Assembly (NCBI RefSeq): GCF_018977255.1
Contig: NW_024704743.1
Location: forward strand, 54,438,001-54,502,000
Source of the DNA: Callorhinchus milii
Lineage: Eukaryota
Reading direction: 5' to 3'
Length of the DNA: 64,000 nucleotides
Every line of letters starts with the position of its first letter. The first letter of the stretch is position 1. The position numbers and the translations under genes were made by a program. A model generated the notes under the pieces. That model searched no databases, had not been told where the DNA came from, and saw nothing but the letters and a program-made list of their open reading frames with translations. Below, in pieces: positions 24,880-37,564 of this stretch.

Positions 24880-25587
24880 GTGGAGTCCTGTAACTCCGTG
24901 GTTAGAGCACTCGCCTCGCAAGCAAGAGACCTGGGTTTGATTACCAACCCGCCCGTTCCCTCCGCTCAGCCGGATCTGGCCTGCTCCACGTCCCCCGAAC
25001 CACCCGCCCCACCATTGGCAGGAGAGCCTTCAGCCACTCTGTCCCCAACCTCTGGAATTCCATCCCCCAGTCACTCCACCTCGCCCCCTCCTTAGCCTCC
25101 TTCAAGTCCCGCCTCAAAACCCTCCTCTTCGACCATGCCATCGGCCACCCCCCTTCACCTCCCCTCCCTTACCCCCCCAACCCCAGCTCGGGTCTAAAAT
25201 GCTGTACTCTATCCAGCGCCTTAGGACGTCCTCCCGACGTGAAAAGCGCTGTGCAAATGTAATCTTATTGTTGTTGTTGATTCACGGCAGGGCGAAACAT
25301 TGGGAAAGTTTCCTTATTCCACACGCCTCTGTTTACCTTGCAATAAATAAGAACTTGGTTGTTAGTCGATTGGTGGCTCGATTTTCCGGGAGTAATAATT
25401 CCTTCCAAAAAAAAGTTGGTTACTTCAATCCATGGCTGTTTGTGGGACACTGCTGTGGGAAATTGGCTATTGTGTTACACCCACAAAATATACAGTCAGT
25501 TCATTTTACAGTATATACTGTGAAGCACTTTGAGACCTCTCGAAGACGTTATAAGGTGCTATATCAAATACAAGGATTATTAATATT
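24880..25587 (+). mobile_element. Young tRNA-derived SINE, long variant, split by an L2 insertion
   Basis: Head at 24880-24942 and remainder at 25283-25587; the two pieces join to give the SINE consensus. Confidence 0.88.
24943..25276 (+). mobile_element. 5'-truncated L2 LINE inserted in the SINE B-box
   Basis: GC-rich L2 3' end with a (TTG)n tail. TTGATT is duplicated at 24937-24942 and 25277-25282. Confidence 0.85.
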
Positions 25588-25679
25588 CTTCTTTGGGGGA
25601 GGTAAGCAGGGTCTCCTTGGAGTCTCTCAATTTGGTTTGGATACTCTTAAGCATGTTTCTTTGGGATCAGCCGGATGTA

Positions 25680-26179
25680 TGACACATGTGGAAGCCCATG
25701 AGCATGTTTAAGAGTATCTAAACCAAACTGATCCCATGCATCCCATCTATACATGGACATTCCAGAGATAGATTGTTCGAATAGTGTAAATAATAAATAA
25801 TCCTTGCATTTGATATAGTGCTTTTCACATCATCTAGACATCTCAAAGAGCTTCACAGAATATGCTGTGATGTGAATTAACTGTAAATTTGTGGGCAAAA
25901 CGCAACAGCTAATTGTGAATGGATTGCGCACTCTCTTCCTCGTGGGCCACATCCTGCTTACCTCATTCTGGAAAGTATTAGGCACAGATTGGCAAGAGCC
26001 AAGGCTTGGGGACCCCCAAGTGTGGTTGGGGTACTGGTGGAGTCTACCCAACTAAAACCATATAGCTTACCATTAAAAGCACTGTCTGGCAAGCTTTCAT
26101 ACTGTATAGGCAGGATGCATGGAGATCTCAGCTTAGTTTGGATACTCTTAAACATGGTGATGGGTTTCTACATATGTCA
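25680..26179. mobile_element. Unnamed MITE-like element with ~80-bp terminal inverted repeats (copy B)
   Basis: Left end TGACACATGTGGAAGCCCATGAGCATGTTTAAGAGTATCTAAAC; right end GTTTGGATACTCTTAAACATGGTGATGGGTTTCTACATATGTCA. A SINE 3' fragment sits inside (~25788-25925). Confidence 0.6.
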
Positions 26180-28649
26180 GTCTCCTGTCTGACCAAAAAA
26201 ANGGCATAGTCAGGTTGCATAACTTCTAATAGCAACAGTGTATCCAAAATGCAATTTGAATTCCATTTCCTCAGCAGAGATGATCACTGTGTGCACCAGC
26301 GTGGATAGTTCCTCCTTCTTGCATGGTACCCAGGAACTTGACCTTATTGAACTCACTAAATTGACAGCCCAATGCACAACTTTGATTGACACACCACTTC
26401 ACACTTGCTGAAAGTTTCAAGAGAAGATTCATGCCTCTCCTGGAATATCTTTGTGTTAAAGTTCACAAAAAAACTGACGTAAACTCCATAAATGTTTCTT
26501 TCCAGGAATTTTGAGGCCTAATCTACAGTGACTCAAATGTAACTACAATCTACAAGAGTTTCTGTACCATTAGGAATGGAATTACCGCCTCCCTCCTCTC
26601 CAACAAAGCCTTTTCCATTCATCATCACCTTCTGGCTTTTTATTGCTGAGCCAGTTTTCAATTCAAATAGTTAATCTAACTTTAATTCCATGATCTTTAA
26701 CCTTCTTTTAACCTACATTTATGCTGCATGTTTGGCAGCAAGTCAATGCTATTTTGGCAACAAATCAACAGCAAAGGGTGCAGTATAAATGATGGTTCAG
26801 GCAATATGAATCGAGTGTGGAAGGTCTTAAAACAAAATGTATTGATTTTCTTTGAGGATGTTGTGTCCAACCCTGCCAACAGTGCAGTGCTCCGAGATAC
26901 TGTCCTACTCGAAGAGTGCTAGATATGTTGCTAGAGTGCTAGACAAGTTTTAAGCACTCTGAGATGCTACCCTGCTATATAAGTGCAAGTTGTTGTTGTT
27001 GAAGTTATTGCAGTTGTTGCAGACCTATTGGATCACAGTGAAATGGTGGATGTTAATTACCTAGATTTTAGAAAGTAATTTGAGCCTTTTCCACAAATTG
27101 AAAGTAGCACAAGGCTCAGGCACCTGGGACAGATGGCAAATTGCTTTCAACTCGATCTGCAAATAGATATTTGTTAAAAAGGAACAAGTCATGGTGAATA
27201 AGGAGATGCCCACTTAGAGTTAGTTGTGGGAAGTGTGTCACAAGGGTGTGCAGTGGCTGGTACCTGCACATCAGGCCAAGTCAGAGCAGAGTTTGTGCAG
27301 GTTGCCACGGATGCAACATTTCAATAGTATATGAACCCTTTGCAAATCCATTCCATGACTTCTGTGTTTTAGACCAAATTAAGTTCCAGATCATGATGGT
27401 TCATGAACTATGAGAGCCATTAAAATGTCATGCTAAGGAAAGTGACAGCTCTAGCACTTCTCAAATTGAATAGAATGTTTACTAGATATTAGCAATTTGC
27501 TAATCCAATTGAATACATTACCTATAGGCTTGGACATTATGCAGTAAGCAGCACATGTGAAGTGTCAAAGTAACTTGCAAACCTTTCCTCATGATTGAGT
27601 AGAGTCCACAATAGTGTGTGCCCTAGCAAAGCAATGGACTTGAGGGGTTCAAATCTTGTTCTTCACTTTCTGCATTTTATTTTACTTGATTTGTTTTTCC
27701 TGCATCATTTCTTTTTTAATAGGTCTTTGTTGGATACTTCTTTAAGAGTAAGTTGACAATTAACAAAAGGACCAATAAGAAGAAAGGCAGCAAGTATAAA
27801 AGGAGACTTAGAGCGAGATAAAGTGTGTGGTTCAGAGTGGTGGATTATTTGAGAGTTTGGAGTGACAAATAAAGAAGCTACTAATATGCCGTTGATTTGA
27901 ATCAAGTTATAATACATTCTTAAATTCCTAACACACTTATGATATCCTTTTAGATTTACTGGAAAAAGAGTTGATGTTGTTGCTTCAGGAAATGTGTACC
28001 CAGAGCTCGGAGCCGGAGTTGTAGAGTACAGTTCGTGAGAAATTCACATCCTGCCACTAAATGACCAATAATCAAACTTTTCCAATATCTATGCTCCATT
28101 AATTAAATATTGTTTAAACAGGGTGGAAGGTAACTTCATTGGAGAGTTGACTTAATATTAATAATTCTTACGTTTGGTACAGCGCCTTTCACATCAAGAG
28201 CACATCTCAAATTATTTACTGTGAAGTGCCGTGACCGTGTTTTGGAGACAATCAAGAGTCAAACTCTGCCACTGTTAAGCGATCGGTAAAAGGGCCTATA
28301 TAAATGCAAGTTATTGTTGCTGCTGTTGTTGTTGTAGTAAATGACAAGGTCACTGAATCAACCTGTCTTATCTGACCTATGAACTGAAGTTAGCTCAGCT
28401 CCCTTATACAGTCAAGCTCAATAGTTCCTCCCAGGCAGGTTGCCTGGATTATGTCACCAGCACTCTCTGATTAAGCAAAAGATATTCAATAGAAATAGAC
28501 AGTAAAGAGCAGGATTCTCCAATTCACCATAGTTCTTTTCAGAAGGATTATTGAGTGTAGCTCTTCCTTTGTAAGCAAGATTTACTTCTGTTGTTCTGTA
28601 GATATATATTCATCTCATATAATAATTCTGGAATACTACAAACTAGATG

Positions 28650-28985
28650 AGGTTTGAACATTCTTTAACTGCTGGGACTTGGGTGTAAAACCAGGTCAGA
28701 CTAATGGGATGCAACTCTCCTCTCTCTGACAGCTCCAATGGTGCTGTGAAATTAGTTTGCACAGTCCCACCCCGGTACCCAGCTGACATGAGACAAAATT
28801 ACAAAACTGCCCATGTTCACTCAGAGAAACCACAATAACGGCTGAGGCGGGAAATGGAAATGTCACGCTGGTGCAGTAGGGGGTGATCTTTCAGTTTGAG
28901 TCAAGACACTTGGGCGAGCAACATAAAGCAATCATCATTCTCCGACTAATCCATGCTGTACCAGACCTGGGAGTGCTTTATACTA
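28650..28985 (+). mobile_element. Ancient SINE remnant, LF-SINE-like
   Basis: Collinear motifs resembling my recollection of LF-SINE (CTGACAGCT, TGTGAAAT-AGTT, ACAAAAC, CCATGCTGTACC). Highly diverged and not verified by alignment. Confidence 0.35.
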
Positions 28986-29329
28986 ATACATGCTCCGCCA
29001 TGGGGAACATCTTTCATTACCCAAGTCTGACATGAAGAGCATAAAATTGACTGAAATTAATAAAAAAAACTCTGCAAATGCAAAATATTTGCTTTCTTTT
29101 ATAGAACCACAAGATACTGTAATTGGCTACTGTTATTCCATTTTCACACGTTTAAGACAAGTTTTGTACAATTACTTTCTATATAAGATATTACACCAAA
29201 GGCATCTTTCTTTGCTTTATAATTTCAGTATGTCCAATAATTTTACTCTGTTTTTTTTCTCCCCATTTGTATGTGCCTCTGCTGCTGGTCTCTCGCATCC
29301 ACGGGCACTGGTTGTCCCACGTACCCTGT

Positions 29330-29562
29330 CCAGATTGCCATTGAGAGCCTTGCCAGTGTTCTGGATTCCCCCACCAGAGGAAATAGTTTCTCTGTGTCTA
29401 TCCTATTGATTCCCTTTATTATTTTAAAAACCTCAATTAGATCACCACTCAACCGTCTAAACTCAAGGGAATACAGACCAAGATTATGCAACCTGTCCTT
29501 GTGCTTTAACCCTTTAAGCCCTGGTTTCATCCTGGTGAATCAGTGCTAAACCCCCTCCAGAG
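29330..29562 (-). mobile_element. CR1 LINE ORF2 C-terminal fragment
   Basis: Minus-strand DRLHNLGLYSLEFRRLSGDLIEVFKIIKG...EKLFPL. Confidence 0.85.
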
Positions 29563-30206
29563 CTGTTAAAAAATCATACAGGATACTAGGCTTTATAAAT
29601 AGGGGCATAGAATACAAAAATCAGGAAGTTATGATGAACCTTTATAAAACACTGGTTCGGCCTCAGCTGGAGTACTGTGTTCAGTTCTGGGCACCACACT
29701 TTAGGACGGATGTCAAGGCATTGGAGAGGGCACAAAGGAAATTTATGAAGATGGTACCAGGAATGAGAAATTTCAGTTATGAGCAGAGGCTAGAGAACCT
29801 AGGATTATTCTCCTAAGAACAGAGAAAGTTAAGAGGAGACTTAATAGAAGTTTTCAAAATTATGAGGGGATTCGATAGGGTGAGAAACTATTTCCACTGT
29901 TGAGTGGGTAACCCGAGGACACTAATTTAAAATAGTTGTTGAAAGAAACAGGGAAGGTGAGAAGACATGTTTTCACACAGCGAGTTGTTCGGATCTGGAA
30001 TGCATTGTCTGAAAGGGTGGTGGAAGTCGATTCGATAACAACTTGTAAGAGAGAAGTAGATTATTATTTGGGGAGGACAAGTTTGCAGGGCTATGGGTAG
30101 AGAGCAGGGAAGTGGGATTGAATTGGATAGCTCTTTTAAAAGAGCCGGCACAGACACAATGGGCCAAATGGCCTCCTTCTGTGCTGTATAATTCTATGAT
30201 TCTATG
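29563..30206 (+). mobile_element. 5'-truncated CR1 LINE
   Basis: LYKTLVRPQLEYCVQFWAPH...LERAQRKFMKMVPG, then the CR1 3' UTR and TTCTATGA tail. Closely similar to the 13846-15073 copy. Confidence 0.92.
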
Positions 30207-30357
30207 AAAGACTGAGACACTTTATGAACACTTTACAAAGACGACCCATCCCCCAACTCGGCATCAAGCTCCACCGTTGTTAAGCGCTCTGAGATGCTAT
30301 TCTGCTATATAAATGCAAGTTGTTGTTGTAATTGTTGTTGAGTGGAAGTCCGAGATA

Positions 30358-30905
30358 AAACAACAACAACAACTTGGATTTATATAGTGCCCTTCACTTG
30401 GTGTAGTGTCCCGGAGAGCTGGGAGGAAGCTAGCCAAGGGAGAGGAAGGTGGCTGAAGATACAGTCAAAGAGATAAGTTTTTAGACAGGTTTGGAAAGCT
30501 AAGCGAGAGAGGAGGACAAGGCAAAGAGAGGAGGACAAGGAGGATTTCGGAAGAGAGTTCCCAAGAGATGGAGTCAAGGTGGCTGAAAGCTTGCCCGTCA
30601 AAAGTCTGGCGGGGCAGGAGGAGTGGGGGAGGTGGCTGGCAGCTTGAAGCAGGTCAGAAGATTACAGTTGGTGGAGAGCAGGGAATGGTGAGGAAAGCAG
30701 GGTTGTAGGAGAACACAGACGGGCCAGTTCATGGAAAATTTGAAGATAAGAATGAGGATTTTCAAGTTGGATCTTACTGGAGGATAGAGACCAAGTGGAA
30801 CCTGGCAATTATAGGGGTGATGGGTTTATGTTACCAGATACAGGAGACAATGAGGGGTGAGGAGTTCTGGATAGCCTGAAGCTTGTGAAGAATGGAACTG
30901 GTAAG
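30358..30905 (-). mobile_element. L2 LINE 3' fragment
   Basis: (CAA)n tail and minus-strand FQTCLKTYLFD. Confidence 0.7.
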
Positions 30906-31972
30906 GTAAAAATATTTATTTATCAGAAGAATGGAAAACAAAGAAATCATGAATAGTTTGTTTTTATTAAGCTTTGCTATAAACATTGGGAAACATGCAA
31001 CGAAAAAAACAAATAACAGCCAGATTGTGATTATAATCTCACTCTTCTGATTCGTGTTGCTAGCTGACCATTAAAACAATACATCATGCAAAGACAAGCA
31101 CAGACTCATAGAAGCGTGCAAAGTCTATAATACACACATTGACCATGTGTCATTGGCACCCATCTACTGAGTTCTCTGAGTATCTCAAAGAAATAAGGCA
31201 GCTGTACATTCTCTGATTTTGGACCACAGCAGTGAATGGAATGACAGATGTAATGCTCCCCTTCAAAACAGGCAGAAACTCCCTTCTGACAAACACAGAA
31301 GATTGACGGCCTCAAAGCTTTCTCTTTGTGGGAAAAAAAAACTCCCAGCTGCTTAGGATAGTTGTAGGCAAAGCCCCAACTGACATCCACCCTCCAACAG
31401 TCCACATCAGTCACCGAGGTGTACGAATATCTCTCATCAGATGTAAGAGTTTCTCTTACTCATCCAAAGAACAATGCAATGTTCCATAATTCATTTCTGT
31501 ATTCATAGTAAACATTTGGCTCCAGAGGTCAACGTGCTTCAAAGTCAAGTGCATTCTGAATAATCAGGATGATCAAAGTGCAGAACAGGGAATCTGAATT
31601 TATCTCAACCATAGCAATTTGGTTAAACTGAGTGAACCTGAAATAAATTTGGATGACTTTCACATTTTTTTTAATTGAGTGACATAAATCGTGTCTGCGC
31701 CACTGCATCTTAGCATTGATCATGAAGAAACAGATTTTTTTTCTCTCCCTTTCAGCCAAGTTGGATGAAAAAGTATTTGTTCATCAATGTTTACTATTCA
31801 TTTTTCATAGCACTAGTTTTGACTGACAAACTGCAAGTAGTTTTAGAAAAGTTTCCAAAAAGTGTTCATTTTTTNGGTCAGACATATACAGAGCTACATT
31901 GTAATCCTTAAGAATTGTCCACATGTGCGTGATACCTCTACATGCTGCTGGTATCTATTAGCAGTACAATGT

Positions 31973-32337
31973 TGGAATCATGCAGCTCAATGGTTAGAGC
32001 ACTCGCCTTGCAAGTGAGAGACCTGGGTTTGATTCCCGGCAGGGCAAAATGTTAGGTAAGTTTCCTCACTCAACACGCCTCTGTTTACCTAGCGGTAAGT
32101 AGTAACCCGGTTGTTAGTTCATTTGTGGATCGCTTTTCTGGGGGAAATAATTCATTCAATAAAAAAATTGTTCATTTCAATCCACAACTGTTTGTGGACA
32201 CTGCTGTGCACAATTGGCTGTTGCATTTTGCCCACAAATATACAGTCAATTCACTTTACAGTATATTCAGTGAAGTGCTTTGAGACATCTGAAAGATGTG
32301 ATAAGGCGCTATATCAAATGCAAGGATTATTATTATT
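31973..32337 (+). mobile_element. Young tRNA-derived SINE, long variant
   Basis: Full-length match to the other copies. Confidence 0.9.
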
Positions 32338-33865
32338 GTGCTTAGGACTCACAGTCCCAACTGATGTTTCAGCTGGCTCTCCAGAGTTTAACAAATTCCT
32401 ATGATTCTTGAATGAGATGACAGCTGGACTGCCTTGCAGCAATATAATCAGGGGAAAACCGGACACGGCAATGGGATAACACAAGCCATCTCGCAATGCG
32501 CATCTCCTGTCTGCTGGTACAGAATTATACTGACAGTGATTAGACAGTGATCTGTGGCCTGGATCAATCCACCTTAGCCCATATTCAGAGTGGAAGTGAG
32601 AGAGCTGCAGAGAGCAAAAGAGAAAAATTATAAAAGGTTACTAACTTTTCTGGCAAAGTAATATCAATTATTTTACTTCAATATTACCTTTGGCTATTAA
32701 ACACCTATTAATTATTTCATAAAACTGCTCTTTAAAATGCCACTCTATTAAAAGACGTGAGGAGACATATTATGATACCTTAAAGAAGAGAATCTGATTT
32801 ATCTCAGCATACAAGTTTGAACACTTTTGGTATGCCATATTTTAGTATTTACACAATTGACTGAAATTGTTCAATTTGGGTCAATCTGGAATTGGACTTT
32901 AACCCTGAATTTGTCTGCCTATTTTTATCAATGCAATGACTGAATAATTTTAAGGCATACTATCTTAATGTAAAAATCATTCAAGTTTTTTTATCTTGTT
33001 CCATACATTAGGTGTAAGCTCCAGAAAAAAAGGGTTATCTCATTGGTTTGTGTCTCAAATCTGTTAAAATGATCATCTAAAATCCACTATCAAAATTAAA
33101 TTTTCAAAGGGGATATTTCAAACAAATAATGTTATAATAATCCATAACAGAGACTATTTAGATTGACACTGAAGCCCAATTTCAGAAATGTTTATTGTAT
33201 TAGAGGCACTAAACCAAGGCACATAATGTGTTTTGACAAGAATTTGACAATGCAGTTTTATGGTACTGTTTCTATATATGATCATTATATGAATTCTGTC
33301 ACTCATCCATATTTGGGACACTCCCTGTCCATATAAAATAATATTTCTACTTTCATTAGAAATAATCAATCATTCACCTTGAAATAGATTTTGCAACATA
33401 GACACAGAATGTGCTTGCTGCTTCTTTAATTCAGAGAGACTTTCTTAGCTTTCAAAATACTCATTTTTTTTGCTTTCACAGATCATCTGCTAAATATTTA
33501 ATGTAAATTACTAATCATGAATGTTGTACAGTGCAATTAGAGCAATATGCAGGGCCAAATAATTAATAGTATTCATGGCTGGGCATAATTTTTCCACTAG
33601 AAATAAACATTTCGAATTTTATTTTAATAACAGATATAACTGGTAAAACAGATGTTGTCTTGTAGACTAGATTGCATTAACCATTGCTTCACCTTTTACA
33701 TACTGCAAAAATTGCGACGACACTGTTTATAGACATGTTCAGCCCAAATTGCCAAGCAATTAATAAGCACATATGATTCTGAAACACTAGTGAGTTCTGT
33801 TATCACTGATTGGAAATTGTTATTGTTTAAAAATATTTGTTCTATATTGGTACATTGAGCTCATA

Positions 33866-34515
33866 GTAGGCTGACACTCCAATGTAGTGCTGGGGGAATG
33901 TTGCATGTAGGAGGCGCTGTCCTTCAGATGAGACATTAAACTAGGGTACTTGTCTGCCTGTTTAAGTAGACTTCAAAGAACCTGGGTCTTTTTGAAAAGA
34001 GAAGGGAGTTTCTCCCTGTGTCCTTCCAGATAAAATTGGTCATATACTTCATGGCTGTTTGTGGAGTCCTGTAGCTCAGTGGTTAGAGCACTCGCCTTGC
34101 AAGCAAGAGACCTGGGTTTGATTCCCGGCAGGGCACATTTCCTCACTCCACACACCTAATAATAATCCCTTAAGAAAAAAAACAATAATAAAATTGGTCA
34201 CTTCAATCCACGACTGTTTGTTGAATACTGCTGTGTGCAATTGGCTGCCGTGTTTTGCCCATATATATACAGTCAATTCACTTTACAGTATATTCTGTGA
34301 AGCACTTTGAGACATCTGGAAGATGTGAAAAGTGCTATATCAAATGCAAGGATTATTATTATTTATTATTATATTTCTGTGTGAAAATTAGCTGCTATAT
34401 TCACCAACAAGATATACAGTCAATGCACTTTACAGTCATTCCTGTGAAGCAATTTGAATTGTCTTGATAACGTGATAAAGCATTATATCAAATGAAAGGA
34501 TTGTTATTATTATTA
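33866..34515 (+). mobile_element. Old Deu-type SINE with a young short-variant SINE (34061-34372) nested inside
   Basis: The old SINE body stops at CATGGCTGTTT (34060) and resumes at ~34375 (CTGTGTGAAAATTAGCTGC) with its own (ATT)n tail. Confidence 0.75.
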
Positions 34516-35654
34516 ACTGTTATTGGTAGTACCTCATGATAAGGAGGAAACGATTACTGGAATAGTTTACTTAGTTCAACATTGCAGAGCTAGACCAGTA
34601 ATGGTGATAAAATGAAAGTATGCCCTTCTTGGTCTGCCACTACAATTATTCATCATCCATTGTAAACATTATATATTGTCAGGTATTATTTTGTCAGGAG
34701 GTTATTAAATACATTATTAAATAAAGAAATTATCATCTTTGATAGGCAGTAATAATGATGAACTACTGATTGCTATATGACAACATTACAAGGCATAAGA
34801 CACAATATTATTTGCTATTTGCAAAGTTAAAATTGTGGAAAATACCATTCTCAAGTATCAGAAAACATGTCACTCAGAAAACATGCATCTGTGCAGTGAT
34901 ATTTCATTAAATCTAATATTAAAATATGTAAAACAGGATTGGATTTACAGTTGTCTGCATAAACAACATTTTACAAAATATACATGTTTCACCAGAAGGG
35001 ATTTCCTGCATATTATAAATCATATCAAATCTCTACTTCTGGATATAAACTATGTACATCTCCCATTCATGCAGAATATAACTGATGGGTAGGAATATGA
35101 AACAAAACTGTAACATACATAAGCAGCACCAAGGACATCATAAACCATGAAGTAAATTACAACCTTGCAACATACTCCCAACATTGGTGTATGTATTGTT
35201 AGTTTGATAATGTATGCATTTTGTATTACTCTCCATTTTTATAGTTTTCCTTTGGGGTTCTACTGTCAAAAATTCATATCTTCCTTTACCGTTGCTAATT
35301 GTCACCATCACTTTATGCTGAGCATTTCTAATGTGGCAATGTGACAGGTGATAGGATACCTAACCAGAATGTGGCTATAGCTCAAAATTATAATGCAGTC
35401 AGGCAAAAGGTAACGTTTAAATGCATCGTATAGGGGTACAATATTTCTGCAGATAACATGTACATTTAACATCCAATTTATTCAATTAAACTGGAGTTAC
35501 CATTATGCCAATTTGGCAGATTATGAGACACGAGGTAACATCTTATATCCCATTTATGCTGTTGGAAGTGATTGGAAAATGAGCAGTAATGCAATTACGA
35601 GTGGGAAATAGCAGTTTTACATCTACAGCACTTCTTCCAATTCCTCGCAGCTGA

Positions 35655-35744
35655 CAACTTTATCTGTACAAAATATACAGATAACTCAATGATGTGCAAC
35701 TACACATCCTTGGGTTATCTATATATTTTGTACAGATAAAATTG
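35655..35744. repeat. 90-nt near-perfect inverted repeat (hairpin)
   Basis: 42-bp arms at 35655-35696 and 35703-35744 with 4 mismatches and a 6-nt loop CAACTA. Confidence 0.85.
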
Positions 35745-36182
35745 CATACAGATACATCCTTGAGTTTGTCTGTATTTCATACAGTCCAATCCCTAGTCCA
35801 ATCCTGTATTTTTGTAAATATTCACAATGCTGAGGTTCAATAAAGCACTAGTGCTTAGACTCATTCACACTAAATAGCATGTTTCCTGATACAGGGAAAT
35901 GTTAATTTCCCCAATATTGACTTTGCAAAGAAACTACTGTACTTTGTTGACTTAATTTGCCTTTATACTCAGAACCAATAGAAAGACCCTTCTCGATTTC
36001 GCAAAGGATTTTGGATCTAAGCGGTTTAAACATTTTGGAATTTTCTGGGTATGACAAATTAGCACGTAAAATAATGAATGTTGCTTAGCAGCTAACATAA
36101 CAAATGTTGTACTTATATATTGAATAGTGTTTTATGGATTATGTCACATTGGAAAGCTATATATCCAATAAAAGGAACAAAA

Positions 36183-36438
36183 TTCCAGGCAGGGCAAAAC
36201 CTTGGGCAAGTTTCCTTACTCCACACGCCTAATAATAATCCCTCCAAAAACCAAAGCAATAATAAATTGGTCATTTTCAATCCACGACTGTTTGTGGGAC
36301 ATTGCTGTGCGCAATTGGCTGACGCATTTCGCCCACAAATATACGGTCAATTCATTTTACAGCATATTCTGTGAAGCGCTTTGAGATGTCTAAAAGACAT
36401 GAAAAGCGCTATATCAAATTCAAGTATTATTATTATTA
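36183..36438 (+). mobile_element. 5'-truncated young SINE, short variant
   Basis: Starts within the B-box region; body and tail match the consensus. Confidence 0.85.
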
Positions 36439-37564
36439 ATAGTCAAAAAATAAACTTTGAGTTTCCTAAGTAATTACACTAATGATTTATGAACCTATTC
36501 TGCTGTGTGACAACTCTTGAGGATATTCACTGACTGCAATAAAATAATAATTTCTTAAGAAAACAAACTAAAGAGTAAGGGTTAAGCATAAGTACAACGT
36601 ACAATGAACAATAATTGGTCAGTTACCAAGTCTGTTTCTTTTTCTTTCCGTTCCTGGTGTTGCCCTCGGGGATAAAGAGCAAAACTCTTCATGCCAAGAC
36701 AGCTCCCACTCAAAACCTGTAACATAAAAAGTAAACAGAATGCAGTAAAGGTTACTCACCATCAGAAGTTAAGAGTCTAAATCTCAGACTTTGCTGCGGG
36801 CAGAATTTCAGCATTCCCAATGACTGTTCGCACTGTATAGCCTGATTAGTCGTGTTGTATTGTGACACATGAGACAATCACACAGCACTGTAAACAACTG
36901 GAGAATTTAAAAATCGTGCCTGCAGCTTGAGGCTGCCCAGGATGTTACAGGAACCACAATTTTTTGCACAAAAGAGACATGGTGTTACACCCCTAGTGCT
37001 GAAATTGCACATAATTACAAATAATTTCCCTCTACAACACCACAACAGGGGGCAAAACTGACATGAGGGATAGGAATGAAGGAAAGTAATCTTTTCAACA
37101 CTGACAGAAAATTAAGCAGATTTCTCCTTGAGCTCGGTTTACAAGTGATCAATTCAAATCAAGTTGATCCAAACTGGATGCTGTTTAGATTCCACATTGT
37201 TTTTTTTCATTTCATGAGCTAGATTGCTCTCAGAATGGCAGCCCATTGCATACATTGTACTTTTCCTTAGGAAAGGAAATGACTGGGGATGAGATTCACA
37301 CAACTATCTTTGCACTTGTCTCATTTGCATCACAGTAGCCCCACTTACACCACAGCTGTAAATTCCCATTTGTTATGAATTGGCAGCTGATCTGCAGTAA
37401 TGTCCAGTGTATGCATTCAGTCATTTGTAGTGCTAAAATCACAACTATAACAGCAACATTGTAACTAGCATGGAATCAAAATGGGTAGTGTCTAAAACTG
37501 GTTAAATTGTCAATGTAAAACATCTACGGTATAAAAATAAAATATAGCCCAGAAAATAAATAGC

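Noticed and set aside
27030..27110. VDVNYLDFRK-like motif
   Set aside because: A very old CR1 RT scrap that is too short and degraded to delimit.
31106..31759. Minus-strand ORFs / possible exon
   Set aside because: No recognisable homology and only weak splice signals; more likely non-coding.
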